From a virus: 64,000 bases of DNA. The notes beneath the pieces were generated by a model. The model was not told where the DNA came from. It saw only the letters and a program-made list of their open reading frames with translations, and did no database searches. Location: IMG/VR virus record IMGVR_UViG_3300037324_000043, positions 2,660 to 66,659 of that record; one strand, 5' to 3'. Within the stretch, counting starts at the first letter, position 1, and each line of letters begins with the position of its first letter. A program made the translations under genes and the position numbers. Positions 20,001 to 30,922 of this stretch are shown here, one piece after another.

Positions 20001-21572
20001 TTATCTAGGGTATTGTGAAATTGGTGTGTTTGGATTTGCTTTTCTCCATTCTGGCAAAGTTAATTTTACTTCGGGTTCGATTTCTTCTTTCTCTGGTCTT
20101 CCGTCTGGGAATATTCTCTTCTCTAATTCTTCTATACCGCCAAAATAACTACCAACCTCAGATTGATCTTCTATCGGTATTGTAAGTACTTTTCTCTTAT
20201 TTTGAGCACCAGTAGAAAGTCTGTCAAGTTGTAGGTTAAACTTTTTAATATCAGCATCCATCTTGTTGTTGATAGTTTTATCAGTAGTAGCTTCTTTAAT
20301 TTCTCTAGATTTTATTATCTTCTCCAACAAGCTTTCTTCTTCAGCTTTAAATGTTGAGCTCTTCACATCTTGATAAGAAATATCAATTATCAAATTATCA
20401 TCGCTATCGTAAGTGGCATTTTTTACCGTAGCATTTGTGATAACTTCATCCCCATCACGAACTGCATCAAGGACAACTCCTGACCCTTGGAAACCAACAC
20501 TCTTAGCTCCTAGAGCAATATTTTCAAAAAGGCTTCCATAAACTTGTTTAGAAGGTTTTACCGCCTCAGTGAATTTTACAGTGCTTCCACCTTCTCCTGA
20601 AAGTCTTGCTTCTTTATTTCTAGAGTTTATACCAGAATTGTCTATTGTATTTTTCTCAGTAGAGTCGCTTCTTAAATTTACATCTTGAATAAAGGCGTTT
20701 TTTACTTTTAGCAAATCATCTTCGGTTGCTCTCTGTACAGATATTCCTGATTCCACAAAAGCACTTATAGCGTAGGGGCTAAACTTTCCTTCGCCATCAA
20801 CTGTAAACATTCTATCCGCTGCCGATGTTACAAATTCCTTTTTTATACCTATGGTTTCTTGTGTACCAAAACCAAATTGAGTAATTTTTTCCTGTTCTAT
20901 TGTGCCTGCGTCTGCCGCTACAGTTTTGGCGATAGTTTCAAAATTGTATCTTTTAACGGGAGTAAAACTTGCTTGGCCACTTTGGTATTGATCATAAGAA
21001 ACAACGTCTAAAAAACTATCATCATCTATATCAGTAAAAGCACCAACTGGATTAAATTGATCATCTAGCCCAAGCTTAATACCTTTCCAACCATCTTTAT
21101 AACGCTTTTCATATTCTACGTCTCTCCAAACATCTTCTTTTTTTGAAGCAGCTAAGTAAGCATTGTATTCTTGGGTTCCTCGCTGTGTAAAAGCTAACAA
21201 TTTCTCAGGAAGTTGTTGCAAGTTGTCTAGTCCTAGTTTAGCTTTAATGTAAGCTTCGCTAGAAGGATCTGAACTTTCAAGAGTTTGTAATAAAGGTAAG
21301 TATTGATCTGTTGCTTTTGCAAGCAACCTTGCGTTCGCTTCGTTCAAAGATGAAGAACCGGTATCGTAATTATTTAAAGGCTTAATGTTTTTGTCGTAGA
21401 AATCTCGCTTAGCTTTTTTGGCAGTTTGATCACGCTCAAATTGCATCTGATCATTAATACGATCTTCCTGTCTTCGATTAGCCGCGTCATTGTTCCAGAA
21501 TTGTATATCACGAGAAAGCCTTTGAGTTGGCTGTAAGTTCTGGAATGCTGCGTAATTACCTTTCTTTGCCAT
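20001..21572 (-). CDS. internal virion/ejection protein
   Basis: 523 aa directly upstream of giant ejection protein; promoter TAAATTTG at 21601-21608 (-). Confidence 0.6.
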   Translation of the reverse strand: MAKKGNYAAFQNLQPTQRLSRDIQFWNNDAANRRQEDRINDQMQFERDQTAKKAKRDFYDKNIKPLNNYDTGSSSLNEANARLLAKATDQYLPLLQTLESSDPSSEAYIKAKLGLDNLQQLPEKLLAFTQRGTQEYNAYLAASKKEDVWRDVEYEKRYKDGWKGIKLGLDDQFNPVGAFTDIDDDSFLDVVSYDQYQSGQASFTPVKRYNFETIAKTVAADAGTIEQEKITQFGFGTQETIGIKKEFVTSAADRMFTVDGEGKFSPYAISAFVESGISVQRATEDDLLKVKNAFIQDVNLRSDSTEKNTIDNSGINSRNKEARLSGEGGSTVKFTEAVKPSKQVYGSLFENIALGAKSVGFQGSGVVLDAVRDGDEVITNATVKNATYDSDDNLIIDISYQDVKSSTFKAEEESLLEKIIKSREIKEATTDKTINNKMDADIKKFNLQLDRLSTGAQNKRKVLTIPIEDQSEVGSYFGGIEELEKRIFPDGRPEKEEIEPEVKLTLPEWRKANPNTPISQYPR

Positions 21573-21683
21573 TTTCTATAATAAAAATCTATAATAAATA
21601 CAAATTTAATAGAAAAATAGTATCATAATAATTATATCTAGTATAATTTAAAGAAAATAATTTATTATATGGGTATTGTATGT

Positions 21684-21971
21684 TTAATTCACTCTAACTC
21701 GCACGTCAACATCTCTTTGACCTCGATTCATTTTAACAAGCTTATTGTCATAAAAGTAGTAGAACATGACGTTTTGAGCGCTGGCTCCGTAAAAAACTCT
21801 GTAGATAGTCCATCCACTATCCATACTGACAAGCTCTTGATACTTAGCCTCATTAATAAATTCATTTACAGTCATGCCAGTCCATATCTGTGGAGCTTTT
21901 ATAGCAACGCATGAGCTAAAAAGCATTAAAGTTAAAGATAACACAACCAATTTTTGTAGTAAATTTTTCAT
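21684..21971 (-). CDS. lipoprotein (moron-like)
   Basis: Basic N-terminus, hydrophobic stretch, lipobox-like FSSC. Confidence 0.7.
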   Translation of the reverse strand: MKNLLQKLVVLSLTLMLFSSCVAIKAPQIWTGMTVNEFINEAKYQELVSMDSGWTIYRVFYGASAQNVMFYYFYDNKLVKMNRGQRDVDVRVRVN

Positions 21972-22018
21972 AGTTCCCGACGTTTTTAGTTTTTACGCTA
22001 AGTTAAGTTAAAAATAAA

Positions 22019-22744
22019 TTACACTCCAAATTGTTTAGGAGCAGCATCATCGTATAGTCTTCGTTCCTCTTGTTGTCTAAAAAAGTCAGCTAAAGAATTG
22101 CTTCCTACCGTACCCATGCCAGGCATCATTGATCCCATTGGAGCCATCATAGGATTCATCATTGCTCTAGGCTGTTGATTTAACGTACCAACACCAACGC
22201 TTTGAGTCTGCGGAGTTTCACCACCTCCAGTCATTCCAGTAAAACCAGAACCTATTAATCCAGCACTATTAAAAGCACCGCTTATACCAGATTGTTGGTT
22301 CTGCTGACCTACCGACATGAGTTGTCCTATTCCTGCTAAGTCCTGATTATCCCTATTTTCTTGAATTCCTTGAATTCTTCCCTCATCTCCTGCGATTGCA
22401 AAATTACGTCTCATGATTTGGTCGTCTACGTCCAATTGATTTACTCTTGCAGCTTGGTTACTTGAAGCTTGTATTCTTGGCAACGCTCCAAAAACACCTC
22501 TTATCCCAGATCCTCTTGCTGCCTCTGTTAAATTTGCAGTAGCTTGACTTGCGTCTTCTCTCCTTAGATTAGAACCCAATAAAGAAATTGGCATATCGCT
22601 GTAAACATTTTCAAGGTCTTGTCTTTCAAAATCGTTTAAGGCAGAATTAGCTTCCCTTTCTTGTCTCATTCCTTGGGCTATCTGTAAACCTGATCCTGCT
22701 AAGGCAACCCCACCCATTATTGCAGCCGTCGTTCCTATTGCCAT
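22019..22744 (-). CDS. ejection/pilot protein
   Basis: Gly/Ala-rich hydrophobic N-terminus MAIGTTAAIMGGVALAG, Gln-rich coiled coil. Confidence 0.65.
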   Translation of the reverse strand: MAIGTTAAIMGGVALAGSGLQIAQGMRQEREANSALNDFERQDLENVYSDMPISLLGSNLRREDASQATANLTEAARGSGIRGVFGALPRIQASSNQAARVNQLDVDDQIMRRNFAIAGDEGRIQGIQENRDNQDLAGIGQLMSVGQQNQQSGISGAFNSAGLIGSGFTGMTGGGETPQTQSVGVGTLNQQPRAMMNPMMAPMGSMMPGMGTVGSNSLADFFRQQEERRLYDDAAPKQFGV

Positions 22745-22867
22745 TTTTATTAGTTTAAAATTATACTTAATGCAAATTTAGTATAATAAAAACAGAATGA
22801 AACACTGGTTTATATATAAAAAAGATATATTTTTGAGTGAAATAGTATTAATCTAAATTTTTATTTA

Positions 22868-23254
22868 ATGAAAAAAGTAATGGTTCTCTTTATGTTGCTG
22901 TTCAGTATGAACATCTTCGCAAGCGGTTTTTACCCCGACTTGGAGAAAAAAGAAAAGGTAGAAGTCAGTCAAGATGTGGATTTTGACATTGTAGATGTTG
23001 TAAATATTCTAGAGGTAGTAGATGTTGGCAAAAATCAACTATGTGATATCTCTGATTTTGATTTGAAAGAAAATTTTAGTGATGAAATCCTGTTATCTCC
23101 TGAAGGAGTTTCTGAAAATCGAAGTAAACAATTTAAGGAAACAATAAATAAACGACTTCAAGAAAATAGAGAGCTATTCACTAAACAATATAAAGCTAAA
23201 ATAAATAGTTTTCACTTGCAGGCCTATCGAATTGATGGCTATGTTGGTTGGTAA
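22868..23254 (+). CDS. secreted protein (moron, opposite strand)
   Basis: Signal peptide MKKVMVLFMLLFSMNIFA; own promoter TATTTTTG 22828-22835 and terminator. Confidence 0.65.
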   Translation: MKKVMVLFMLLFSMNIFASGFYPDLEKKEKVEVSQDVDFDIVDVVNILEVVDVGKNQLCDISDFDLKENFSDEILLSPEGVSENRSKQFKETINKRLQENRELFTKQYKAKINSFHLQAYRIDGYVGW

Positions 23255-23275
23255 AGAAATCATATTGATACATTA

Positions 23276-23308
23276 AAAAGCCTCAAGTTAATCCTTGAGG
23301 CTTTTTTC
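23276..23308. terminator. bidirectional intrinsic terminator
   Basis: AAAAAGCCTCAAG-TTAATC-CTTGAGGCTTTTTT between convergent genes. Confidence 0.8.
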
Positions 23309-23331
23309 ATTTAAACAAACAACAAACAAAC

Positions 23332-23745
23332 TTAAAGCGTTTTTACCATTTCGCAGGTACCTGTACTTCCTGTAATAAAACCGCAATCTTCAAAGCGATT
23401 CTTTAATGAAGGATTTTTAAGGCTTGTAAATAAAAAGGTTTTACCCATGCCTTTACAAACTTCCGAAATTGTATTTATTAAAAGATTTAAAGATTCCTTT
23501 CTTAATTCTCTATCTTTAATATCAAAATTAGCTACAATATATTCGACCATGGCCCCTTTGGGAACAGTCGTGTTTATAATAAATCCAGCACATATTTCTT
23601 TATCACCATCTTGTATCATTACACCTTGAAGCTCACCGTTAACCTGTGGCAAGTAGTCAAGCCCTGGAGGGGGAAATCTGCTATCCTTCCACCACTTTAC
23701 AAGAGTAGGATAATTGTCATTTTTTAATAGTCTAGCTTGTATCAT
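23332..23745 (-). CDS. GNAT-like protein of podovirus tail module
   Basis: Position between nozzle and ejection genes; EICAGFI...FEDCGF pattern. Confidence 0.55.
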   Translation of the reverse strand: MIQARLLKNDNYPTLVKWWKDSRFPPPGLDYLPQVNGELQGVMIQDGDKEICAGFIINTTVPKGAMVEYIVANFDIKDRELRKESLNLLINTISEVCKGMGKTFLFTSLKNPSLKNRFEDCGFITGSTGTCEMVKTL

Positions 23746-24473
23746 ACGCCTGTTTTTATTGCATTAGTACTGATTGCAAAAAGCTCAGCCTGACCAGTAG
23801 ATTCCAATTCAAGAGTTACCTCCATGTAGTAACCGTTTATTTCGGCTCCTTCAATTCTTGAAACCTTTTTTATAAAGCAAAAAGATCCTTGTTGTAGAGT
23901 TAAATCTTCTGCAATAGAATTTAAGGTTATGGTAGTTTTTGTGTGACTATTAATAATTCCTATAAATTCAGATTGATTATTAACTACTTGAAATAAAGCA
24001 TCACCATTGTTTGTGTTATCTGGTACCTTACCTACTGTTATAATCAAATTATTTACAGTATTAATATTCCCTACACCTTGCGTATCACCTCCTTGGGTAA
24101 TTTCGGTAGACTCTTCTTGTCTTAGAAAAGCAAACTCCTTACTTCCTTGAGTCACAAATTCTGAGGTTCTAACTGTGGTTTTGACAAAGTTAGTTTCTAC
24201 TGTAGATTTCCACTTCCCATCACCTTCTAAAATTAAGTTCTTAAAAATCTTATCGCTATCAGGAACATCATTAAATACCGTCTTTATTCTTGCGGTAAAT
24301 TGCTCCCCATAGAAATTACATTTAACATCATTATCCTTGTCATTATGTAAATAAAGCTGACCATTTTTCAAGGTGAAAAACCTATTATTTAAGCTTGTAA
24401 TTCCCCCAGGAGTAAACGGAGATTCCCCCGTCCATCCTTTGTTTTTTTCAGAAAAATTTAATGTCTGTGCCAT
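23742..24473 (-). CDS. tail muzzle/nozzle C-terminal part encoded as separate gene
   Basis: TLNFSEKNKGWT...NFYG...VFND...KIFKNL...GYYMEVTL...ELFAI. Confidence 0.6.
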   Translation of the reverse strand: MAQTLNFSEKNKGWTGESPFTPGGITSLNNRFFTLKNGQLYLHNDKDNDVKCNFYGEQFTARIKTVFNDVPDSDKIFKNLILEGDGKWKSTVETNFVKTTVRTSEFVTQGSKEFAFLRQEESTEITQGGDTQGVGNINTVNNLIITVGKVPDNTNNGDALFQVVNNQSEFIGIINSHTKTTITLNSIAEDLTLQQGSFCFIKKVSRIEGAEINGYYMEVTLELESTGQAELFAISTNAIKTGV

Positions 24474-24478
24474 TTTAG

Positions 24479-27400
24479 TTATTGTGCTTGTGTTCCTTGA
24501 TTTATACTGTATTGTCGTGTTACATCTCCTGTTGAGAATGTAAGTGTGGTGTTTCTACGAAGTCCACTATTGTTTTGTGAAACTAAAACTGTTACTGTTC
24601 CGTTACCAGACCCAGAAAGAGGAGTAGGAGTTACCCATGTGACTTGCTTATCTACAATCCAATTAGTATTAGAGTTTACAGTAATTGTGAAGGATTGTTG
24701 ATCTCTGCTTAATACACTGCTGTCTGGAGTTATTGTTAGTCTTTCCTCAATTTCTTCACCCTCTTCCGTAATGTTTATTGTAACCCTAGCGTTTTCGCTT
24801 TGAACTACACCATTAGATAGTCTGTAGAAAAAAGAATCAGAATCCAAGCTTTTCAAAGTGTGTGTATATTTTATTGTATTATCATCATTTACTTCTATAT
24901 GACCAAGTTGAGGCTGAGACATAATTAAAACCTCAATAGTTTGAGGGTCAACACCTATATCATTTGCAAGAACGTTTAGATTTCTTACTGCTTTAGAAGT
25001 AACATCGAAAATATCATTATTAGCAATTAGTGGTGGGTTTTTGTCTTGATAATCCCATATAAGATATAGGTCCTGAGTTCTATTTACACGGGTAAAATCA
25101 AAACTTATTTGATCTATAAAACTATTGATAGAAACTTGGGTTCGTGTTGTTTCGGGAAATGTTGCATCAGTTAAAATATTATCTATATTAGCTTCATTAT
25201 ACGCTTGGGAGCTTACTAAATAGCCTAGCCTGTTTAGTTTGTTAGCGCTAAAAATTCCCGTAGTACTGGAATCTTTAAAAGCCTGTATGTTTACAGACCT
25301 TCCTCTTTCTGGAAATCTTGAATTCCCCTCTAATCCTTCTTGAACTTCAAATTTGCTAACAAGAAATTCTTCAAACAAGTGATCTTCACTAAAGAAAGAT
25401 CCAGCTCCCCATTTATATCTATTTATTATTGTCGTGCCTATATCGCTTTGATCGGCTAAAACTATACTTATTACTTTCATTGGAATACCAAGAGGACAAA
25501 CATTAGTAACTTGAATTGTTGCCGTATCGCTTACTGGTGTAATTGTAACCTGAATTGTATTTTTAGTTAAATCGGTTCTGGGAATTTCTAAACTAGAGGA
25601 CTCTGTTACGCCATTATCGCTGTAAATAACTCCGTCGTAAACAGCAGAAATATTAACTTCTCCATTAGTTACCTCAGTATTTAGAACTGTTTCTCCCAAA
25701 AGAAAATTTATGTTTAGTACAAATGTGAATGCTTCGGTGATTGTTTTCTGAATAACATTTCCACAAAAAGCATTAAGATTTTCAGATATTTCATCTTCTA
25801 TACTAATCACGTACTTTTTAAAATAAGCATCATACCCCCCTATCTTTCTGGAAGTAGGATTTTCTATAAAAAGATTTCTAAAATGAGAAGACATTCCGTA
25901 ATTAATTTCAGTAACCCCATCTGCGGATAGCCTCATTGGAACTCCCCTTCTAGCATTTATCCAGTTTACTCTATTTCCGTCCACCGCTAAGCTTTCTGGA
26001 TTTTTACCTATTCCGTTATTTCCTGCGTATGGAATATATTTTCCAAGTATTTCAGGTATTGTTGCTAATACGCCTTGACCATTAGCCATTGATAATAAAT
26101 CCTTTCCAAAGAGGACGTAGCCAGTCTTTTCTTCTTGAAGCACTAAAAGATTGCCTTCTCTAGATAAAGTCCTCTGTATGCTTCCGTGCTGCTTATCTAT
26201 CTCTTTAAAATTAGCATTACTTAGGTTAAATTCATTTAATCCGTTTATGTTGGTGCTTTCTATGTAAGGTTTTCCGTAAGTGTGATCCGCAAATCTTCTT
26301 ATCTCTCGATACTCTTCTACACTAGTTGATGAAGGCCTTGTATCAATGCTTAAATAATTCGTGTTGAATTCATCTCTTATTCTAAAGCTTTCAATACCGT
26401 TTCCTTGCGTGTAACAATTAAAAAAGTCCATCTCAACTATTGCATCATCAACACCTTCAGAAAAATCTTGATTTTGAACGTTACCTTTATGCTGACCATC
26501 TACCACATCAAAGCACTGTTCTGTTTCAAAAAATATATCTGAATCAGCTTGTTTTGGAAGTGTTTCAAAAACATAAACACCACTACCTATACGTACAATA
26601 ATTTTAGCTTGTATTCGTCCTTTTCTTACCCTATTTGAAACAATTCTATCTTCTGTGCTTCCAGAAAGTAGACCTATGACCCTTAAGTATAACTTTTGGT
26701 TAGAAGAATCTCCAAAAGGGCCAGTGCCTCTTACAAGTTCAATATTAGGTAAGTAGTCAAAGTTAAACTCTTCTGAGCCGTCGTCAGCTAAGAGCGTTGT
26801 TCTGCTTAATATGACCTCTCTAAACCATTCCTCAATACTATCGTATTGTCTTTGTGCAAAAAATTGAGTATCATAAGTGACGTTTTTAAATCCATCATCA
26901 TAGTTTCTTGAACTGTTTAAAAATAAAGTTATTGAGGTTCCTGAAGGTATTTCAAGTTCTGAATCTTCAAGCTCTGAATCTTCAGGTTCAATTTTGGTAA
27001 ACAAATCAAGGTAAGTTACTGGAAAAGTAAATGGACTATAACCCTCTGGAGCTTCACTTGCTTTTACATCAAAATCGCCTCTATTCATAGAGAATCCTTT
27101 CGGCATTATTTTCATGTACACCCCTCTTCTTTCTATTATGTCATTTTCGTCTTCATCTTGATTATTTAAGATAAAATCCTCTTCCTTAACTTCAATTTCC
27201 AGAACCTTAATTTTAATAGGATTGGTCATTACTATTTGTCCAGCCTTTTTAATAATTAAAAAATCACCTACTGAAATCTTGTCTTTATTGTTGCCTTCAA
27301 GTTTACAAAATGTATAAAAATCTTCTGAATAAAATTCAGTAACATAAAGTGTTTGGTAGGCAAGTGGATTCGATTTTACTACAAGCTTATATCGATCAGC

Positions 27401-29113
27401 CCAATATGGAGCAGGACCAGTAATTGTTGCGACTAATTTGTTCTGAAAAGAAGAGAAAGCTTGAGGAATAAATATAGTATTGCTCTTGGAAGTTAGGACA
27501 CTACTTCTTCTTCCGTATTTATCCATATAAACTTTTCCAACTTCATAATTTCTATTCGTCTTAGTTGTACCAGAGTTAATATCATTGGTAATCGAAAAAC
27601 TAGTTCCTGCGGTAAATGTTATTGGAACTGTTACTGTAGAATTATCACTAACGTTTTTAAAAACTAGAGAATCGATAGCTAATGCAGAATCACCCCCAGA
27701 GGTGCTTTTAAATATTCTTGGAGGATCTTGAAGCACTAGGTTAGAAGGTGGACTGTAGCTATTTTGTTGATTATAGTTTTGTTGAAAATCTGAATTTATA
27801 ATATCTATAAATACCCCAAAAGATGAGCTTCCAAATAAGCTAGTTAAGTTTGCATAATCAGAATCAAGAGTATGGAAAAAAGTATTGCCATAACCAGGAG
27901 CACCATTAATATCAGTCTCTATACTTATAACCATGATTAAACCCTCTTGCAATGGATATGCGTTAGGATTTGTTATTAAAATTCTTTGTGGATCTGCAAA
28001 AGAAATATCCAATATATTACCACTTTCTAAGGCTTGTGTTTTTACAGAAATAGTATAATCAATATTGATTGGAACACCTTCGCTATCCTCTATATTATAA
28101 CCTTCAACATAATTACTAAAAACTGGAATGTTTTCTAATAAGGATAAAGCCTTAGCAAGTCTGGGAACATTATCAAAAGACCTAAATAGCTGATCACTAG
28201 GTAAAGGAGTGATAGTTTTGTTGTTGGAAAACAAAAAGCTCTTTGTTTGATTGTCTCCCCATCCGCTTTTACTTTTACTAAAAGTTTCAATGATCATCAA
28301 AGAATTACTCAAAGTTTCTTTTACTAAGAGTTGGATTTCTGTGACTTGTTTTTCTCCAGTATTAAATTCAATTTTGGCAGCATTAAAAGAATTGATCATT
28401 CCTAAATTATCTAAAGTAAAATAATCTAAGTCAAAGGGTTGTGGAGTAAAGTTGTAATTACTAAAATCGGAAGGTGCGCTATATTCGCCATCAAGATATC
28501 TAAATCTAGAGGCAAATAGAAAAAATCTTTCTTCATTATTATTGCCTCCGTCCAAGGTGTAGGTCGGTGTTATTTTTGGAGCTTTTCTTGGCGGTTTTTT
28601 TATAAGCAAGATATCCTCTTCTACAAACCCATTTACCCCATAGGTTTTAGCTCTCTCGATGTTTATGCATATTGGTTGCATATTATCATCAGTAAACAAA
28701 AGGAGGTCGCTCTTGACCTGTTGAGTGTTGACTTTAACAATTCCTGTAATAAGATGATCTTTGTGAAGAGAAAAAACACGGGAGCCTTCTTCTCTAGTAT
28801 CTCCTAAAACCAATGATTGTACTTTATTGAGATCATCCCATTCGAATAAAAAACTTCCTAAATCAGAAAGAACCAACCAGTATATTTTTTTTCGAAATTC
28901 ATCTGAAAAATTACCCATGTCTAGAGGATTTTCTCCCACGTCATAGCTAGTCAACTTTTTATTGGAAAGCATGACTTCTATGGCCCCCATATCATCCCCT
29001 TCGCTATTGATAACTTCAACCCCAAAAGCATCTCTATACTCTCCTTTTGGCATCAATCTTATGTCTGCATCTTTATTAAGACGGCCTTTTACAAAGTTTT
29101 GCTTAAATATCAT
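24479..29113 (-). CDS. tail muzzle/stabilisation protein with C-terminal Ig-like and BACON domains
   Basis: N-terminal FVKGRLNKDAD...GEYRDA; GIGKNPES; ANND..LNVLAND; ITVNSNTNW..W..PLSGSGNGTV..R BACON pattern. Confidence 0.75.
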   Translation of the reverse strand: MIFKQNFVKGRLNKDADIRLMPKGEYRDAFGVEVINSEGDDMGAIEVMLSNKKLTSYDVGENPLDMGNFSDEFRKKIYWLVLSDLGSFLFEWDDLNKVQSLVLGDTREEGSRVFSLHKDHLITGIVKVNTQQVKSDLLLFTDDNMQPICINIERAKTYGVNGFVEEDILLIKKPPRKAPKITPTYTLDGGNNNEERFFLFASRFRYLDGEYSAPSDFSNYNFTPQPFDLDYFTLDNLGMINSFNAAKIEFNTGEKQVTEIQLLVKETLSNSLMIIETFSKSKSGWGDNQTKSFLFSNNKTITPLPSDQLFRSFDNVPRLAKALSLLENIPVFSNYVEGYNIEDSEGVPINIDYTISVKTQALESGNILDISFADPQRILITNPNAYPLQEGLIMVISIETDINGAPGYGNTFFHTLDSDYANLTSLFGSSSFGVFIDIINSDFQQNYNQQNSYSPPSNLVLQDPPRIFKSTSGGDSALAIDSLVFKNVSDNSTVTVPITFTAGTSFSITNDINSGTTKTNRNYEVGKVYMDKYGRRSSVLTSKSNTIFIPQAFSSFQNKLVATITGPAPYWADRYKLVVKSNPLAYQTLYVTEFYSEDFYTFCKLEGNNKDKISVGDFLIIKKAGQIVMTNPIKIKVLEIEVKEEDFILNNQDEDENDIIERRGVYMKIMPKGFSMNRGDFDVKASEAPEGYSPFTFPVTYLDLFTKIEPEDSELEDSELEIPSGTSITLFLNSSRNYDDGFKNVTYDTQFFAQRQYDSIEEWFREVILSRTTLLADDGSEEFNFDYLPNIELVRGTGPFGDSSNQKLYLRVIGLLSGSTEDRIVSNRVRKGRIQAKIIVRIGSGVYVFETLPKQADSDIFFETEQCFDVVDGQHKGNVQNQDFSEGVDDAIVEMDFFNCYTQGNGIESFRIRDEFNTNYLSIDTRPSSTSVEEYREIRRFADHTYGKPYIESTNINGLNEFNLSNANFKEIDKQHGSIQRTLSREGNLLVLQEEKTGYVLFGKDLLSMANGQGVLATIPEILGKYIPYAGNNGIGKNPESLAVDGNRVNWINARRGVPMRLSADGVTEINYGMSSHFRNLFIENPTSRKIGGYDAYFKKYVISIEDEISENLNAFCGNVIQKTITEAFTFVLNINFLLGETVLNTEVTNGEVNISAVYDGVIYSDNGVTESSSLEIPRTDLTKNTIQVTITPVSDTATIQVTNVCPLGIPMKVISIVLADQSDIGTTIINRYKWGAGSFFSEDHLFEEFLVSKFEVQEGLEGNSRFPERGRSVNIQAFKDSSTTGIFSANKLNRLGYLVSSQAYNEANIDNILTDATFPETTRTQVSINSFIDQISFDFTRVNRTQDLYLIWDYQDKNPPLIANNDIFDVTSKAVRNLNVLANDIGVDPQTIEVLIMSQPQLGHIEVNDDNTIKYTHTLKSLDSDSFFYRLSNGVVQSENARVTINITEEGEEIEERLTITPDSSVLSRDQQSFTITVNSNTNWIVDKQVTWVTPTPLSGSGNGTVTVLVSQNNSGLRRNTTLTFSTGDVTRQYSINQGTQAQ

Positions 29114-29925
29114 TTTGGCATAGAATTAATTTCACGACCTATTGTTAAAAAATCGAAATTTAGAGAAGCAATTAAGGCTTTGTGTCTTTCGGTGTTGTAC
29201 CTATTTCTAGCTGAGGACTTATCGTACTGATTTGCATTCCTTCTTGTTGATATAATTTCAGAAATCGCAAACCACCTTACAGCGTCTTGCAGGTCTTTGT
29301 GAACTTTTATTTCCTCTTCTCTTATATTTTCAAGATCCAACCCGTCTGATAAATATTCAATAACAACATCTTGATCTTCAAGGTTACTGCTAAAATGAAT
29401 AGTACCTCTTTCCTCGTTTACTTTAAACTCTCCATGTTTAGACAAAAGAGAAGTGTCTTGTGTAGACTCAAAAGTGTGTCTAATATGTGGTGTTTGGTAA
29501 GCATTAGCCATATCTGTTGTTAGCAGCTCTCCTTCGTGATTAAAAAGGATTTCATGCTTATAATTTTGAAGATATCCGGATGCTGTATTTATTTTGTTGT
29601 TGATATTCAAAGGTTGTAAACGTCCTTCTTCATTTATCACAGAAACCCTAATCCAATTAACATAGTTCTGGGGCAGGGCAAAATACAAGTTAGGACCCAC
29701 CGTTAATTGAGCCACATTAAACATTTTTTGAGTAGCATTATTTACTACTCGAATACCTTTTTTTAATTTTCTTACAATTTGGCTTCTTTTTGTATTAGCC
29801 AAAAAACTATCTGTATCGGTTGTGTCGGCAAGCATATCATCTACTAAATCCTTAAGAGTGATATATTGGTATTTGCCCCAATTTTTCTTATCAGCATAGT
29901 AGTCTGAAGGTTTTTGTATAGCCAT
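29110..29925 (-). CDS. tail ring/adaptor protein
   Basis: LPQNYVNWIRVS; position between ring protein and muzzle. Confidence 0.6.
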   Translation of the reverse strand: MAIQKPSDYYADKKNWGKYQYITLKDLVDDMLADTTDTDSFLANTKRSQIVRKLKKGIRVVNNATQKMFNVAQLTVGPNLYFALPQNYVNWIRVSVINEEGRLQPLNINNKINTASGYLQNYKHEILFNHEGELLTTDMANAYQTPHIRHTFESTQDTSLLSKHGEFKVNEERGTIHFSSNLEDQDVVIEYLSDGLDLENIREEEIKVHKDLQDAVRWFAISEIISTRRNANQYDKSSARNRYNTERHKALIASLNFDFLTIGREINSMPK

Positions 29926-29927
29926 AA

Positions 29928-30617
29928 TTAAGAAGCGTTATCTTGGTTAAAATCTATACTCTCTTGCTGCATAGTGTATGATAATAAATCAGTCTCTTTA
30001 AGATTTACACCAAACGCCATAAGAACCCTTCTTACCATTTCATTTTCTTCGCTAGAGTGGATATCCGCATCTTGGAAGTTAGCATCATCAGGGTTAAATA
30101 ACTCTACATCATTTACACTTGTATAAGTCCATTTTGGATATTTTATGTTTCTCAAATACGATATCCTTACTTTGCTACCGTCTTGAATTGGAGCAATCAA
30201 TATATTTTTTCCAATAATTGTATAGACTGGATATTGAGTAGTGGCTAAGCTTTTTTGAATATTAAATTCCCTTCTGTTTCTGCAAAACTCTAGAGTTCCA
30301 CCTTCTACTATTTCAGACTCATCTAGATATCTCCAATCGGAAGGAAGTTCTATGCGACTGCCTTCTACAGTAATTGGCTCGGATTCTTCAAGGTAGTGTA
30401 ATATCTTTTCGCTGTAAGTATCTGGTATGTTAGCAATTCCTCCGCTAATTACACCTCTATTTTCTCTTACAATTAATCGATTTAAGTCATAAAAGTATTC
30501 TTCATTACGAGACTGTATGGAATCATGAAGAGCAAGCTCAAATTTTCCTGGGGTAAAGTTCCCTCTCATCTGAGTGTTTATAAAGAATTCTACCTTCTTT
30601 TTAATTTGATCTATCAT
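29928..30617 (-). CDS. tail ring/gatekeeper protein
   Basis: GNFTPGKF...YPVY...YLRNIKYPKWTY; position in structural module. Confidence 0.6.
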   Translation of the reverse strand: MIDQIKKKVEFFINTQMRGNFTPGKFELALHDSIQSRNEEYFYDLNRLIVRENRGVISGGIANIPDTYSEKILHYLEESEPITVEGSRIELPSDWRYLDESEIVEGGTLEFCRNRREFNIQKSLATTQYPVYTIIGKNILIAPIQDGSKVRISYLRNIKYPKWTYTSVNDVELFNPDDANFQDADIHSSEENEMVRRVLMAFGVNLKETDLLSYTMQQESIDFNQDNAS

Positions 30618-30715
30618 TTTGCTATAAGTAAAATTTATATCTAATACAAAAATAATAGATTTAAAGTGTTATTTTAGTATAAATATTATATAAATCAAAT
30701 ATATATTTACAGCCA

Positions 30716-30922
30716 TTGGATGATCTAGAAAAAAAAGTACTCAAAGAGGTTTCGGACTACCACGATAAAACAAACGGGAAGTGTGGTATAAGCGCTATGC
30801 TAATTGCAGAAAAACTCAACATAAGCTTTTCAGAATTAAGGGAAACACTAAACAATCTCAATGACAAAAAAGCCTTCACCATTAAAAAAGGAATTAACAG
30901 CATACTAATATTTAAAAAATGA
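30716..30922 (+). CDS. small winged-helix DNA-binding protein
   Basis: ISAMLIAEKLNISFSELRETLNNL. Confidence 0.55.
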   Translation: MDDLEKKVLKEVSDYHDKTNGKCGISAMLIAEKLNISFSELRETLNNLNDKKAFTIKKGINSILIFKK

